A model generated the notes under the pieces. The model searched no databases and was not told the DNA's origin. It saw only the letters and a list, made by a program, of their open reading frames with translations. Both the position numbers and the translations under genes were made by a program. A DNA stretch of 64,000 nucleotides from an uncultured Bacteroidaceae bacterium (GTDB lineage Bacteria > Bacteroidota > Bacteroidia > Bacteroidales > Bacteroidaceae), in contig CAJOLC010000027.1 in NCBI GenBank assembly GCA_905235305.1, positions 13,458-77,457 of the forward strand. Direction: 5' to 3'. Within the stretch, counting starts at the first letter, position 1. Each line of letters opens with the position of its first letter. Of the stretch, positions 36,893 through 46,202 are shown piece after piece.

Positions 36893-38038
36893 TCAGAATA
36901 TCCTGTATGAAACGCCTACCGATAGGTTCGGATAGACCTTCACCTTCGAGACGACATCAATGATGTCTCCGGCTTTGCCCGGAACATCCTGCAGGTCGCG
37001 AACCAAATCAACATGGTTCCTGACATCGCTGCAGTCTATATATATCTCTCTCACGCCGTCATAATCGTTGCGGATTATCTCGCCGTAGTACTTGTCGTAG
37101 CTGTCCACGCCAATGCCACTCACATAGTAGCCTTCCTCGGTCGGACTCGCATCGAACTTGTACACATTGTCCGCGTAGATACTCGGCGCACCGCAAAGGA
37201 ACATGATTCCGGCATCGACATTCAGCTTCCAACGCTTGTCCTTAGAGAGATGAGTGTTGTAACCAAAGCCCAGATAAGGGCGAACCTTGCTCACTCTCAT
37301 CTCGCTGCGGGCCTTGTTGTCCGCACCAGGTACCATCATCGCCTTGTCGCCGTCCTTGAATGTGCCAAGGCTGAAACCAGCCAAGCCATACTTGTAGAAC
37401 GGGTCGTCGGCAGCCTTTCCAATCTGATGCAGATATGTGCCGTTTATGCCACTCCTGGGATACTCGGCATAGATGCCGTTGTAGGCGTTTATGGCTTCCA
37501 GCAGAAGCGACTCCTTATCCAGGCTGACGGCCTCTGCTGCTGTAGCAGGACCGGCATAGAAACCAGCCGTAAAGCTCCAGTGCTTGTTCTTGAAGGGCAG
37601 GACGTCGACCATGAACTTGAACTGGTGGAGAGTGGGCTTCATGCCCAATGTGACATAGTCCTTTGCTTCTATCTTGCTGAACTTGTCGAACATTGCCTTG
37701 TACTCCTCAAACCCTGGTTTGTTGAGGTCAATGCCGAATTCAGAAAGCTTTTCGTCAATCTTCCCAACCTTCTCAAGGAGTTTCCCTACGCCGCCGCTGC
37801 GTGTCTCGACATTGAAGTCGGCGTCGAAGTTGAAGCGCGGCATATAGTTGTAGCCGGCACGGATGCGGACATAATCGCCCACAGGCACGGCAACGTCAAT
37901 GCCAATGCCTAATGTGCCGACGTTGACACCTACGTCCATGTGATTAAGGATATTCTTCTCTTTCAACACGGATTCGCTCTGTGCAAGCATGCTTGCCGCC
38001 ACCTGCAGCACAAACAGGAATATGCTAAACCTCTTCAT
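36893..38038 (-). CDS. putative outer-membrane beta-barrel protein, unknown function
   Basis: Signal peptide MKRFSIFLFVLQVAASMLAQ. Alternating-residue strands are present, and the C-terminus ...LSVGVSYRIF ends in an aromatic residue as in OMPs. Confidence 0.6.
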   Translation of the reverse strand: MKRFSIFLFVLQVAASMLAQSESVLKEKNILNHMDVGVNVGTLGIGIDVAVPVGDYVRIRAGYNYMPRFNFDADFNVETRSGGVGKLLEKVGKIDEKLSEFGIDLNKPGFEEYKAMFDKFSKIEAKDYVTLGMKPTLHQFKFMVDVLPFKNKHWSFTAGFYAGPATAAEAVSLDKESLLLEAINAYNGIYAEYPRSGINGTYLHQIGKAADDPFYKYGLAGFSLGTFKDGDKAMMVPGADNKARSEMRVSKVRPYLGFGYNTHLSKDKRWKLNVDAGIMFLCGAPSIYADNVYKFDASPTEEGYYVSGIGVDSYDKYYGEIIRNDYDGVREIYIDCSDVRNHVDLVRDLQDVPGKAGDIIDVVSKVKVYPNLSVGVSYRIF

Positions 38039-38077
38039 CGCGCGCGTATGTTAATATATATATATATATAATGTATG
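38039..38077. repeat. alternating purine-pyrimidine tract CGCGCGCGTATG..(TA)n..ATGTATG
   Basis: Read directly. It occupies most of the 66-nt spacer between two minus-strand genes. Confidence 0.7.
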
Positions 38078-38104
38078 GGATGCCGTCCTTCTCTCGGGGT
38101 GATT

Positions 38105-39304
38105 CTACTTCACGACAACCTTCTTGCCGCCTACAATATATAGTCCGGCAGGCAGTCCGGCTGTATCGTTCGAGGGGCGAAGCAGTGTGCCGCTAACGGA
38201 ATAGATGCCTTCGCCGGATGCTTTCTCCTTCGCTGCGATGCTGTTAATGCTTGTCGGGTCTGATGTCAACTCAACAACGTCCGGCGTATTGGCATCGGCC
38301 GGGAGATAACTTGTGTTGGCATAAAGGCACAAGGCATCAACCTGTGTGTATGTCGTATAGTCGTTCACCTTGATGTTATTCAGTCGAGACTCATCCTGAT
38401 TGCTCAGTACGAGCTTGCCATCGGCAACAGTCAGGACACGCATCGTGGCAGCATCAAACTTCGTGTAGGCGTTTGTGGATTCTCTTGGGCGCGAGCCGTT
38501 GCAGAAATAAACGCCTTTAAGCTTGTTGCCTGATACCTTAGCAGATGTGGAAAGAAGGAGCTCTATACGGTTGTCGGAAGGCTCGGTCGAAGCACATTCT
38601 ATGATGACGGGCGTGCGGGCTGGGATGTCGCCTTCAATCTCTTGCAGGAGAGCAAACCTTCCCCCAACGGTGGTAACATAATATATGTGCATCTCTGGAG
38701 AAACTGCCCTGAATGGGAAATCAGCATAGAAAGGCTGGTAGTACGCTCCGTTGAATTCTACGGTCGGCTTGATGCCAACATAGTTGACGGCATGGTTTGT
38801 CTCAATCTTGTCAACAATCCACCTGCGATATGTTTCATCCTTGCCAGTCGTGCCCATAATCCCTTGCTGAGCTGTGGAACTCGACCTGCTGTCATAGAGG
38901 TACTTTGTTACACTTGTGCCGGCAGCAGTCTTAGTGGCTGAAACCTCGTAAGTGCCATCACGTTGTTTTGTGACATCCGGATAGTAATTTGTGAGGGAAT
39001 GAACGCCTGTACCCTGTGCCATGAGGTCATATTTACTGCCTACCGTCATGATGTATATGACGGTTGCAGGGTCGGAAACAGCCTTCTCGGCATCTTTCCA
39101 AAGTTGGAGGGCCTGGAAGTCTTCTTTGTCACGCGTTATGTCATAGTAGTCTTTATTGTCAGTAACATAAACATAACGCTGCGTGGCAAAGTTGCGGACG
39201 CGGTAGTATCCATTGTCAACAAATCCGGTTCCCATGTCAATGTCTTGTGCTTTGACACTCAATGCGGCTATGGCATACAGGGCGAATATACAGAATCTTC
39301 TCAT
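38105..39304 (-). CDS. 399-aa secreted protein, unknown function, T9SS-type tail
   Basis: Signal peptide MRRFCIFALYAIAALSVKAQ. Ends EGIYSVSGTLLRPSNDTAGLPAGLYIVGGKKVVVK. Confidence 0.65.
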   Translation of the reverse strand: MRRFCIFALYAIAALSVKAQDIDMGTGFVDNGYYRVRNFATQRYVYVTDNKDYYDITRDKEDFQALQLWKDAEKAVSDPATVIYIMTVGSKYDLMAQGTGVHSLTNYYPDVTKQRDGTYEVSATKTAAGTSVTKYLYDSRSSSTAQQGIMGTTGKDETYRRWIVDKIETNHAVNYVGIKPTVEFNGAYYQPFYADFPFRAVSPEMHIYYVTTVGGRFALLQEIEGDIPARTPVIIECASTEPSDNRIELLLSTSAKVSGNKLKGVYFCNGSRPRESTNAYTKFDAATMRVLTVADGKLVLSNQDESRLNNIKVNDYTTYTQVDALCLYANTSYLPADANTPDVVELTSDPTSINSIAAKEKASGEGIYSVSGTLLRPSNDTAGLPAGLYIVGGKKVVVK

Positions 39305-39386
39305 ATATTATAATTATGCCCCCCGTCATACTACACTTAAGGCAGAATGACAGGGGGTTGTTAGTTCTATTGTAATAAGTTAATGA

Positions 39387-40550
39387 CTAATCAGCGATAC
39401 AGATAGTAACGCGATTCAGGTCGTTCTGCTCGTATGGCTGAACGGTGTCACCCTTGCTGTCAACAATGATGCGGCTGCGATCTATTCCGTACTTGTTGAC
39501 CAGGACATTTGCAACACCTTCGGCACGGCTACGTGCATAGCCTACATTAATCCTCGGGTTGCCGGTGTTCCTGTCAGCATAACCTGTAACAGATACCTTT
39601 GCCTCGGGATACTTCCTCAGGTAGTTTACTACATCCTCAACCTTAGCCATCTCTGTCCTGCTGATGTCGGAGCCACGCAGAGTATAGAAGATGTCACGGC
39701 GCAGAGTCTCACGCTTTTGGGGATCGGCCTCTTTGTAGACAATCTTTTCAACTTCGACGGGCTTCTCGACGATCTTCTCGACGATCTTCTCAACGACGAT
39801 GGGGTCGGCAGTAGTCTTAGCCTTAGGAGCAAGCTTGCCAAGGCGAACCTTTACGCCGGCAAGTGCGTTGAAGTACCAGTCCACATTGTCTGCATCCTTG
39901 GAGTTGTATCCGTCGGCGAGCAGATTGCTGTTAAACTCAAGGCCGAGGGCAACACGACGGCTCACGTTGAAGTCCAGGTAAGCACCAAACCTGCCCGTAA
40001 AGCGTGTCTTTGTTCCATCCCAAAGTAACGTCATCTGATGTTCCATTGGGGGGGTTATGCCTGAAGTCAACATCGTTTGGTAGATCAGGTTGTAAAGGCT
40101 TTGCGCGTCATCATTATTCCATGCAACATTGAACCCGATACCAGCCAACAGACCGAAGTTGCATACACGGTTGGCCTTGTAGCCAAGTATCCAGTTCGTC
40201 AAATCACATGTAACATCGAGAGAGGGAGCAACATAGTTGTACTTCCAGGTCTCTTTGCCAAGGCCAAGATAGGAGAGGTCAGTGCCACCCTTGCTCTGCC
40301 AAGCATTGAGAGACAGGCGCAGACCCCAAACCGGTGTGAAGTTATAACCTGCACCTACCTGAGCATTGCCAGAGAGGAGATCGTCGAAGTCAACTTCGCC
40401 TAAGGTGTATTGTCCACCGATCTGACCCTGAAGATACCAGTGAGGAGCAAAGGCATTATTTGCCTTTTCCGCAGCCTGCGGCTCTTGCGCAGATGCCGTG
40501 AGGCATCCCGCAAGCAGCGCAGCTGTCATTAATATACTTTTAAGTTTCAT
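39387..40550 (-). CDS. OmpA family outer-membrane protein
   Basis: N-terminal barrel with signal peptide, a VEKIVEKIVEKPVEVEKIV linker, and a C-terminal OmpA-like domain (VSVTGYADRNTGNPRINVGYARSRAEGV). Confidence 0.85.
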   Translation of the reverse strand: MKLKSILMTAALLAGCLTASAQEPQAAEKANNAFAPHWYLQGQIGGQYTLGEVDFDDLLSGNAQVGAGYNFTPVWGLRLSLNAWQSKGGTDLSYLGLGKETWKYNYVAPSLDVTCDLTNWILGYKANRVCNFGLLAGIGFNVAWNNDDAQSLYNLIYQTMLTSGITPPMEHQMTLLWDGTKTRFTGRFGAYLDFNVSRRVALGLEFNSNLLADGYNSKDADNVDWYFNALAGVKVRLGKLAPKAKTTADPIVVEKIVEKIVEKPVEVEKIVYKEADPQKRETLRRDIFYTLRGSDISRTEMAKVEDVVNYLRKYPEAKVSVTGYADRNTGNPRINVGYARSRAEGVANVLVNKYGIDRSRIIVDSKGDTVQPYEQNDLNRVTICIAD

Positions 40551-40578
40551 AACTCAGATTCTTTTGTACAAATTGGTT

Positions 40579-43500
40579 TTAATCTTCAACTGCGATGTAA
40601 GACTTAATGGTTGAAATGTTACCGTCGAAGTCGAGGATTGAGTATGCAACCTCATATACATAACCAGGTACCATGCCATTTACATCAATCGTGCGTACAG
40701 TTCCATCAAGAACGGTGTTGAGCTTGCCAGTGTTGGCTGCCTGCAGCTTAGCCTTGCAATCTGCATTGCCAGCCTGAGCATTTGCACTGAGATCTGCCGT
40801 GTAGACATTCGTTACAGCGACGTGCTTCCTTGCCAGAGGAACAATGAGCTCAAGATTCTTTGTTGTGGGATGCAACTTCAGATCTGCTTTCTTCATCGTA
40901 ACGGGATAGTTCTTGGAGAAGCTCAGGCGCCTGAAGCCCTTGCCCTTGTTGCTTGCAACGATGAAGGGACCGAAGCGGCGGTTGATAGAGTTGAAGAAGA
41001 AGCAGTAGTCGCTGTTGATTTGATCGAGATACTTCCTGAGGTATTCATCCATGAAGTCGTCAATCCATGCTGTTCCACCATAGGAGTTAATCTTATCCAA
41101 CTCAGCATTCAAGTCCTTAACGAGGTTGTCGAGAATATCCTTCTGCTGTTCCAGCAGGTCGCGAACATCTTGGGTGAATTCAAGTACGACTGGGAGGTAA
41201 ACAGAACCATCGCGGCCAACTACATCATCAAGGATGACGAAGTCAACACAGTCGGAAGTGATGGAGAGGTTGCTTCCTGAGTATGCAGCAAGATTATAGG
41301 TGGTGCCGTCTACAGCCAGTGTGATCATACCGCTGTTGAGTTGAGCTTTTGCATAAGAATCGCTCAGAACAAGGCTGGCGTATGCTTCAACTTGATCGTC
41401 GCCACCTCTTGCAGGAATGAGCATCTTAATCTTCAGACCACTTACGATATCACCGAAGATAACAAGGGTTGCCCTCTTCTCTGTGATATTCTCCTCATCA
41501 AATGCTACAGCATCAGGTACTGCAACGGCACTGCCACCGGCTGTCAGGTTCTTGTCAAACTTAATTTCGAAGTTACCAATGCCAGGCACTCTCAGTTCGT
41601 AGCCAACGCCATTCAGTGTGACGCTTGATACCCTTGCTTCGAATTTTGCAATGAAGTGTTCAAGATCGACATCAATGAACTTCAATTCTTCCATTCTGAG
41701 GTTTTCAACGATACCCTGAATAATACCAGTAGCAACGTTTATATCAAGATTAGCCTTCAGTGTGGCGGCAATGTCATCAAGCATTCCAGAGATTGCTTCG
41801 TAGCCAGGCATTGTTACATAGTCGAAGTCTTTACCCCATTTGAGGTTGAAGGGCAGGTAGAATGTGGAAGCCAGGTTGTATTCAGAATATACGGAGTGCT
41901 CCTTCTCCTTGCCTTCGTTGTCCGTTGTAGTGTAGGTGCACTTCAGGCCATGTCTGTCATTCTTGAGGCTGGTGATGACATTATAGATGCTTGTGGTGAG
42001 GTTAGCCAGACTGGTTTGTCTGCCGGGCTTGAAGAAGTTGTCAGCAAGTTCTACAACCTGAGCATATACTTCGTCATACAGATCTGAGATGTCCTCTCTG
42101 GTAAGTGCGAGGCCATTGTCCTCTTCCATGACGGTCTTGCTATCAACGTATGCGTCTGCTACATAGAAGCCATTGTCGGCACGGGTGTAACCGAACTGCA
42201 GCTTCTCATTGCACTTTCTGATGGGAGAGAGTTTAACGATTGATTCTTCGTCAAGAGTGTTGACGAGGCTCAGCTTCAGACCTTCGAGGTTGGCTGTGTT
42301 GGGGTTGATGGTCATGTAAACCTTACCTGCGTTGCCATTCTCGTTCAAGAGAGGAAGGTTTGCTGGTGCTTCAAAGGCTTCCAAGCCAACGCTTGTGAGC
42401 ATCTCCATATCCTTAGCGGTGAGAACCTCATTCTTGCGAACATAGTTTGCGTCGTCGTCTGTCGGGAATTCAACATCAGTGACGGGTATACCATAGAATG
42501 CGATGAGGGCATTGCTCTGGAGACCTACGGGCAGGTTGAATGTGCCGAACATCGGGTTGAATGTACCCTGAACGATAATGCTGGAGACTTGCTTGCCAAG
42601 AGCATTCTGAAGGGCTGCTACATCATCCTTGAGTTTAGAGACATCTTCTTCCACAACACCAAGTCTGCTGTCTAAATTCTGAATGCTGTCACCCAAAACA
42701 TTGAGGCGATTGTTTATTTCAGGAAGTTTGTTGTTGACGATATCATTAATATCACTCTGGAGTGTTCCGAGGTTTGTCACGGTGGGATCAACATCACCTA
42801 CAATAGAGGAAACTGTACCATTCAGGGTTGAAGTGGTAGTAACAAGGTCTACCAGGTTCTCGATGCCTTCTGCACCAACGCCTGCAATGACGCCGTTGAC
42901 GATAGACATAACATCATCTTCTGTGATGAAGTCACCGTCTTCGATACCTTCATTAATAATATTAGTAATAAGGTTGGTGAGCTCTTCAGTAATTTCGCCC
43001 TCCTTGATGATCTCTGTCGTAATGACTTCGGTGATCTTCTCGGTGATGGTCTCTTCGAGGATGTTATTGATTTCTTCCTTGATGGTCTCCTTCATATCCT
43101 CGGAGATGTTACTTTCCAATGCTGCGACACGCTCAAGGAGGTCTTCGAACTTGCCGTCAAGGTCGCCCCACTTCTCATTGCTATCTGCCCAAAGGCCCTT
43201 AAGCCATTCGATATCTACTTCGTTAGCGCGGATTCTCTCACGATCCTTTCCAAGCTCGGTGAGGAATCTCTCCACGAGAGATGCTACGGAATCCTTCAGT
43301 TGCTCTGTGGTAGCGTAGCTATCAAGCTGCTCCTTAGTTACATAGTTCTCGAAGACATACTGGAGGATTTCGGCTTTAGCAGTTGCAATTTCACCCTTAA
43401 CAAGGAGTTCTGTTTGAGCAAGGATGTTTTCGTATTTACCCTTCAATTCTGCAAGTTCGTTCTGAAGGTTGCCAACAGTGCTTTCGATGGTGTTGAGTCT

Positions 43501-44994
43501 CTCTGTAAAGCCTCCGACGCTTGTTGTTAAATCTTCGACAGCCTGCTGGAGTTTGCCGATGTTAACGGAGTTTTCACCTACGGTGCTTTCGAGAGTCTGC
43601 AGGTTTGACTTCAGTTCGTCTGTGGCGTCTTCGAGGTTTTGGAACTTCTCGTCGTATGCAGCCTTCAGTCCTGCGAGAGTTGAGTTAATGCCCTCGATGA
43701 GCTTATAGTTTGCATCTGCATATGCATATGCCTCGTTTGCGCGAGCAAGAGCATCTGCTGCATTATTGCTTATCAATAAGAGTTGAGTGTTAATTTCATT
43801 GATTGCATCAGCATTCTTCTGAATGTTCTCAGCATTGGTTGCAATGTTGCCGGCATTGGTTGCAATGTCCTTAGCGTTCTGCGCAATATCATCAGCGTTC
43901 TTCTGAACCTTTCCGCTCAGGTCGGAGATGTCAGCTGCATTCTTTGCAATGTTTTCTTCATTCTTCTTGGCGAGTTCCTCAATGAGGCGAGCGTTCTCCT
44001 GCAGGGTAGCAATGCTTTCGGCATTCTTGTCAGCTTTGCCCTCAGCAGACAATGCGATTGTCCATGCCTTTTCAGCTACTTCGTTGGCTGTGTTTGCAGT
44101 CTGCAGTGCAAGACTTGCATTATCCTTAGCTTCCTCTGCGAGTGCCTTAGCTTCACTGGCTGAGAGACCAGCGGCCTCTGCTGCCTGCTGTGCGAGTTCG
44201 GCAGCTGTGACTGCCTTCTGCGCTGCCTCTGAAGCACTTGTAGCTGCGCTTAATGCATTTTGTGCAGTAGCCAGAGCTTCACCGGCTGTTACGCCAATAC
44301 CATTGACGTTTTCGAGGGCCTGTGCTGCGAAGTCGTAAGCCTGCTTTGCTTGTGTCTCGGCTGCTTTCATCTTTGCATCGAGCTCTGCCAGCTTGCTGGT
44401 TACATAGTTGTAGTCGCATGGGCAATCGCCGGAACCAGCGATGTCACTCTTAATCTTTTCGAGTTCTTCCTTCAAACCATCTACAACATCTTTGAGAATA
44501 TCCTGTGAAGTCTTGTAAGAGGCGAACTCTGCAGCGAGGGGATAGTAGGAGGCTGTGAGTGCATCGAGTGTACTCTTCAAGCCCTCGACCTGCCCTGTCA
44601 GGGTAGCGATGGCAACATTGATGGCGTTTACGTCATCTTTGCTTGCGGCGTTGGCAAGTCCTGCTGTGAGGGTTGCAATCTGCTCATTGATTTTTCCAAT
44701 CTGTTCATTGATGCCATTGATGAGAGCCTGGAGTGCATCTTCGTTGCATTCGCATGACTTAAAGCCATCGAATGCCCTCTGAAGGGCATCCAGGGCTGCT
44801 TGATAAGTGGCAATCTGTCCTTCAAGCTCCTGAATCTGGAGATCGAACGCTTGTTTCAACGTGGCGTTGTCCTGAATGTACTTTGTACGCAACTCGTTGT
44901 ACAAATCTTCGTCGGTATCCTTACAGGACACAAACGAACCTACACTGACTGCTACTATGAGCAGCAAAAGTGATTGGATGAGTTTCTTTTTCAT
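40579..44994 (-). CDS. 1471-aa coiled-coil lipoprotein, unknown function
   Basis: Lipobox ...VGSFVSC. About 750 aa of heptad-repeat sequence includes NAxxIxx repeats. The C-terminal ~700 aa is non-repetitive. The gene is markedly AT-richer than its surroundings. Confidence 0.8.
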   Translation of the reverse strand: MKKKLIQSLLLLIVAVSVGSFVSCKDTDEDLYNELRTKYIQDNATLKQAFDLQIQELEGQIATYQAALDALQRAFDGFKSCECNEDALQALINGINEQIGKINEQIATLTAGLANAASKDDVNAINVAIATLTGQVEGLKSTLDALTASYYPLAAEFASYKTSQDILKDVVDGLKEELEKIKSDIAGSGDCPCDYNYVTSKLAELDAKMKAAETQAKQAYDFAAQALENVNGIGVTAGEALATAQNALSAATSASEAAQKAVTAAELAQQAAEAAGLSASEAKALAEEAKDNASLALQTANTANEVAEKAWTIALSAEGKADKNAESIATLQENARLIEELAKKNEENIAKNAADISDLSGKVQKNADDIAQNAKDIATNAGNIATNAENIQKNADAINEINTQLLLISNNAADALARANEAYAYADANYKLIEGINSTLAGLKAAYDEKFQNLEDATDELKSNLQTLESTVGENSVNIGKLQQAVEDLTTSVGGFTERLNTIESTVGNLQNELAELKGKYENILAQTELLVKGEIATAKAEILQYVFENYVTKEQLDSYATTEQLKDSVASLVERFLTELGKDRERIRANEVDIEWLKGLWADSNEKWGDLDGKFEDLLERVAALESNISEDMKETIKEEINNILEETITEKITEVITTEIIKEGEITEELTNLITNIINEGIEDGDFITEDDVMSIVNGVIAGVGAEGIENLVDLVTTTSTLNGTVSSIVGDVDPTVTNLGTLQSDINDIVNNKLPEINNRLNVLGDSIQNLDSRLGVVEEDVSKLKDDVAALQNALGKQVSSIIVQGTFNPMFGTFNLPVGLQSNALIAFYGIPVTDVEFPTDDDANYVRKNEVLTAKDMEMLTSVGLEAFEAPANLPLLNENGNAGKVYMTINPNTANLEGLKLSLVNTLDEESIVKLSPIRKCNEKLQFGYTRADNGFYVADAYVDSKTVMEEDNGLALTREDISDLYDEVYAQVVELADNFFKPGRQTSLANLTTSIYNVITSLKNDRHGLKCTYTTTDNEGKEKEHSVYSEYNLASTFYLPFNLKWGKDFDYVTMPGYEAISGMLDDIAATLKANLDINVATGIIQGIVENLRMEELKFIDVDLEHFIAKFEARVSSVTLNGVGYELRVPGIGNFEIKFDKNLTAGGSAVAVPDAVAFDEENITEKRATLVIFGDIVSGLKIKMLIPARGGDDQVEAYASLVLSDSYAKAQLNSGMITLAVDGTTYNLAAYSGSNLSITSDCVDFVILDDVVGRDGSVYLPVVLEFTQDVRDLLEQQKDILDNLVKDLNAELDKINSYGGTAWIDDFMDEYLRKYLDQINSDYCFFFNSINRRFGPFIVASNKGKGFRRLSFSKNYPVTMKKADLKLHPTTKNLELIVPLARKHVAVTNVYTADLSANAQAGNADCKAKLQAANTGKLNTVLDGTVRTIDVNGMVPGYVYEVAYSILDFDGNISTIKSYIAVED

Positions 44995-45073
44995 TTGTTA
45001 AAGAATTAAAATTTATAATTATGTTGTTTCGTTATAATGCATAGTCCTCCCCTTTTGGGGACAATGTCGAGTG

Positions 45074-45081
45074 CAAAGGTA
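45074..45081 (-). promoter_or_regulatory. -7 box TACCTTTG upstream of the giant lipoprotein gene
   Basis: Plus strand reads caaaggta, ~80 nt upstream of ATG 44994. Confidence 0.45.
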
Positions 45082-45204
45082 CGACTAATCGCAGAAAAAT
45101 GAGTTGACAACTACATGCAATTAACTAATCTTAACAAATAATTGTACCAATTTAATAAATTTAACACGTTATACAGGCTCTTTCTTACGGGAAGGAGCCT
45201 TTTT

Positions 45205-46053
45205 CTATTGTTTTGTGTCGGAGGGATACCTATTCCAGAACAGTGCGGTCAGCAAGATGGAAAGCATGGCGCACAAAGCCATGATGACGTTGGCGGCAGC
45301 GTCTCCCCCGAGCAGGTCTGCATAGGAAATGTCGGCAAAGTCTTCTCCCATGAAGTACATCTGCAGGGCGACGAGGCTGTTGTTGGCGATGTGCAGCAGT
45401 GAGGAGAGCAGGATGTTGCCGGTCTTGTAGTAGATGATGCCGAAGATGATGCCGATGGGGAGTGCATAGAGGCCTTGTGCGAAGTTGAGGTGGACGATGC
45501 CGAAGGCGATGGCAGAAACGAGGATTGCGGTCCATGGGTTGGCTCCCCTGCGCAGCATCTCGCCTTCGATGGCTTCGCGGAAGAGCAGTTCTTCGGCGAT
45601 GGGACCTATGATGGCGATGGCGAGCAGCCCCCAGATGCTGTGCGACATGGCGAGTGTCATTTGCTGCATGACGTCAGGCATGGGGACGTCCTCTGTGAGG
45701 ATGGAGGTGCTGAAGGCTGCGAGGATGCCTCCGGCGACGGCGAGCGTGGCAGGCTTCCACCGGATGGAGGCGATGTCGCTCTGTGTGAGGAAGTGTATGT
45801 TGTGCAGGAGGAAGTGGCAGAGCAGGACGGCGATGATGTCCGTGAGGATGATGCAGATTGAGAAAAGGGCGATGGGTATCAGGTCGAACGACGGCGTGTC
45901 TTGTGTCATTCCGCTTACCGAGGCTCTGATGCCCGCGTTGAATTCAGGTGAAACCATCATGCCGATGCCGAAGAGCAGGAGGGTTCCGAGTCCTTGTGCC
46001 AGCAGGAACACGAGGATGGTCAGCAGGGCGGGGGAGAGTCTATGGAGTTTCAA
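45205..46053 (-). CDS. CPBP family intramembrane glutamic endopeptidase
   Basis: Multi-pass protein with PIAEELLFREAI and FGIVHL motifs. Confidence 0.8.
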   Translation of the reverse strand: MKLHRLSPALLTILVFLLAQGLGTLLLFGIGMMVSPEFNAGIRASVSGMTQDTPSFDLIPIALFSICIILTDIIAVLLCHFLLHNIHFLTQSDIASIRWKPATLAVAGGILAAFSTSILTEDVPMPDVMQQMTLAMSHSIWGLLAIAIIGPIAEELLFREAIEGEMLRRGANPWTAILVSAIAFGIVHLNFAQGLYALPIGIIFGIIYYKTGNILLSSLLHIANNSLVALQMYFMGEDFADISYADLLGGDAAANVIMALCAMLSILLTALFWNRYPSDTKQ

Positions 46054-46202
46054 AACAGGTGGAGTGTTATGTCGGTTAGCGTATCCCTTTGCAGCTTATG
46101 GTTTCGGGCCTTAGCCCTCTCTGTCCGATGTGGCAGTCCGCTTTGCCCGAGGTATTTGTGTGCCTTGACCGGAGCAGGCGGCTCTGATGGCGAAGCAGGC
46201 GG

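Noticed and set aside
36893-44994. Calling the lower-GC block a genomic island or mobile element.
   Set aside because: It has no integrase, transposase, tRNA target or flanking direct repeats. Part of the GC drop may simply reflect the N/K/I/D/E-rich coiled-coil composition. It is reported only as a compositional anomaly.
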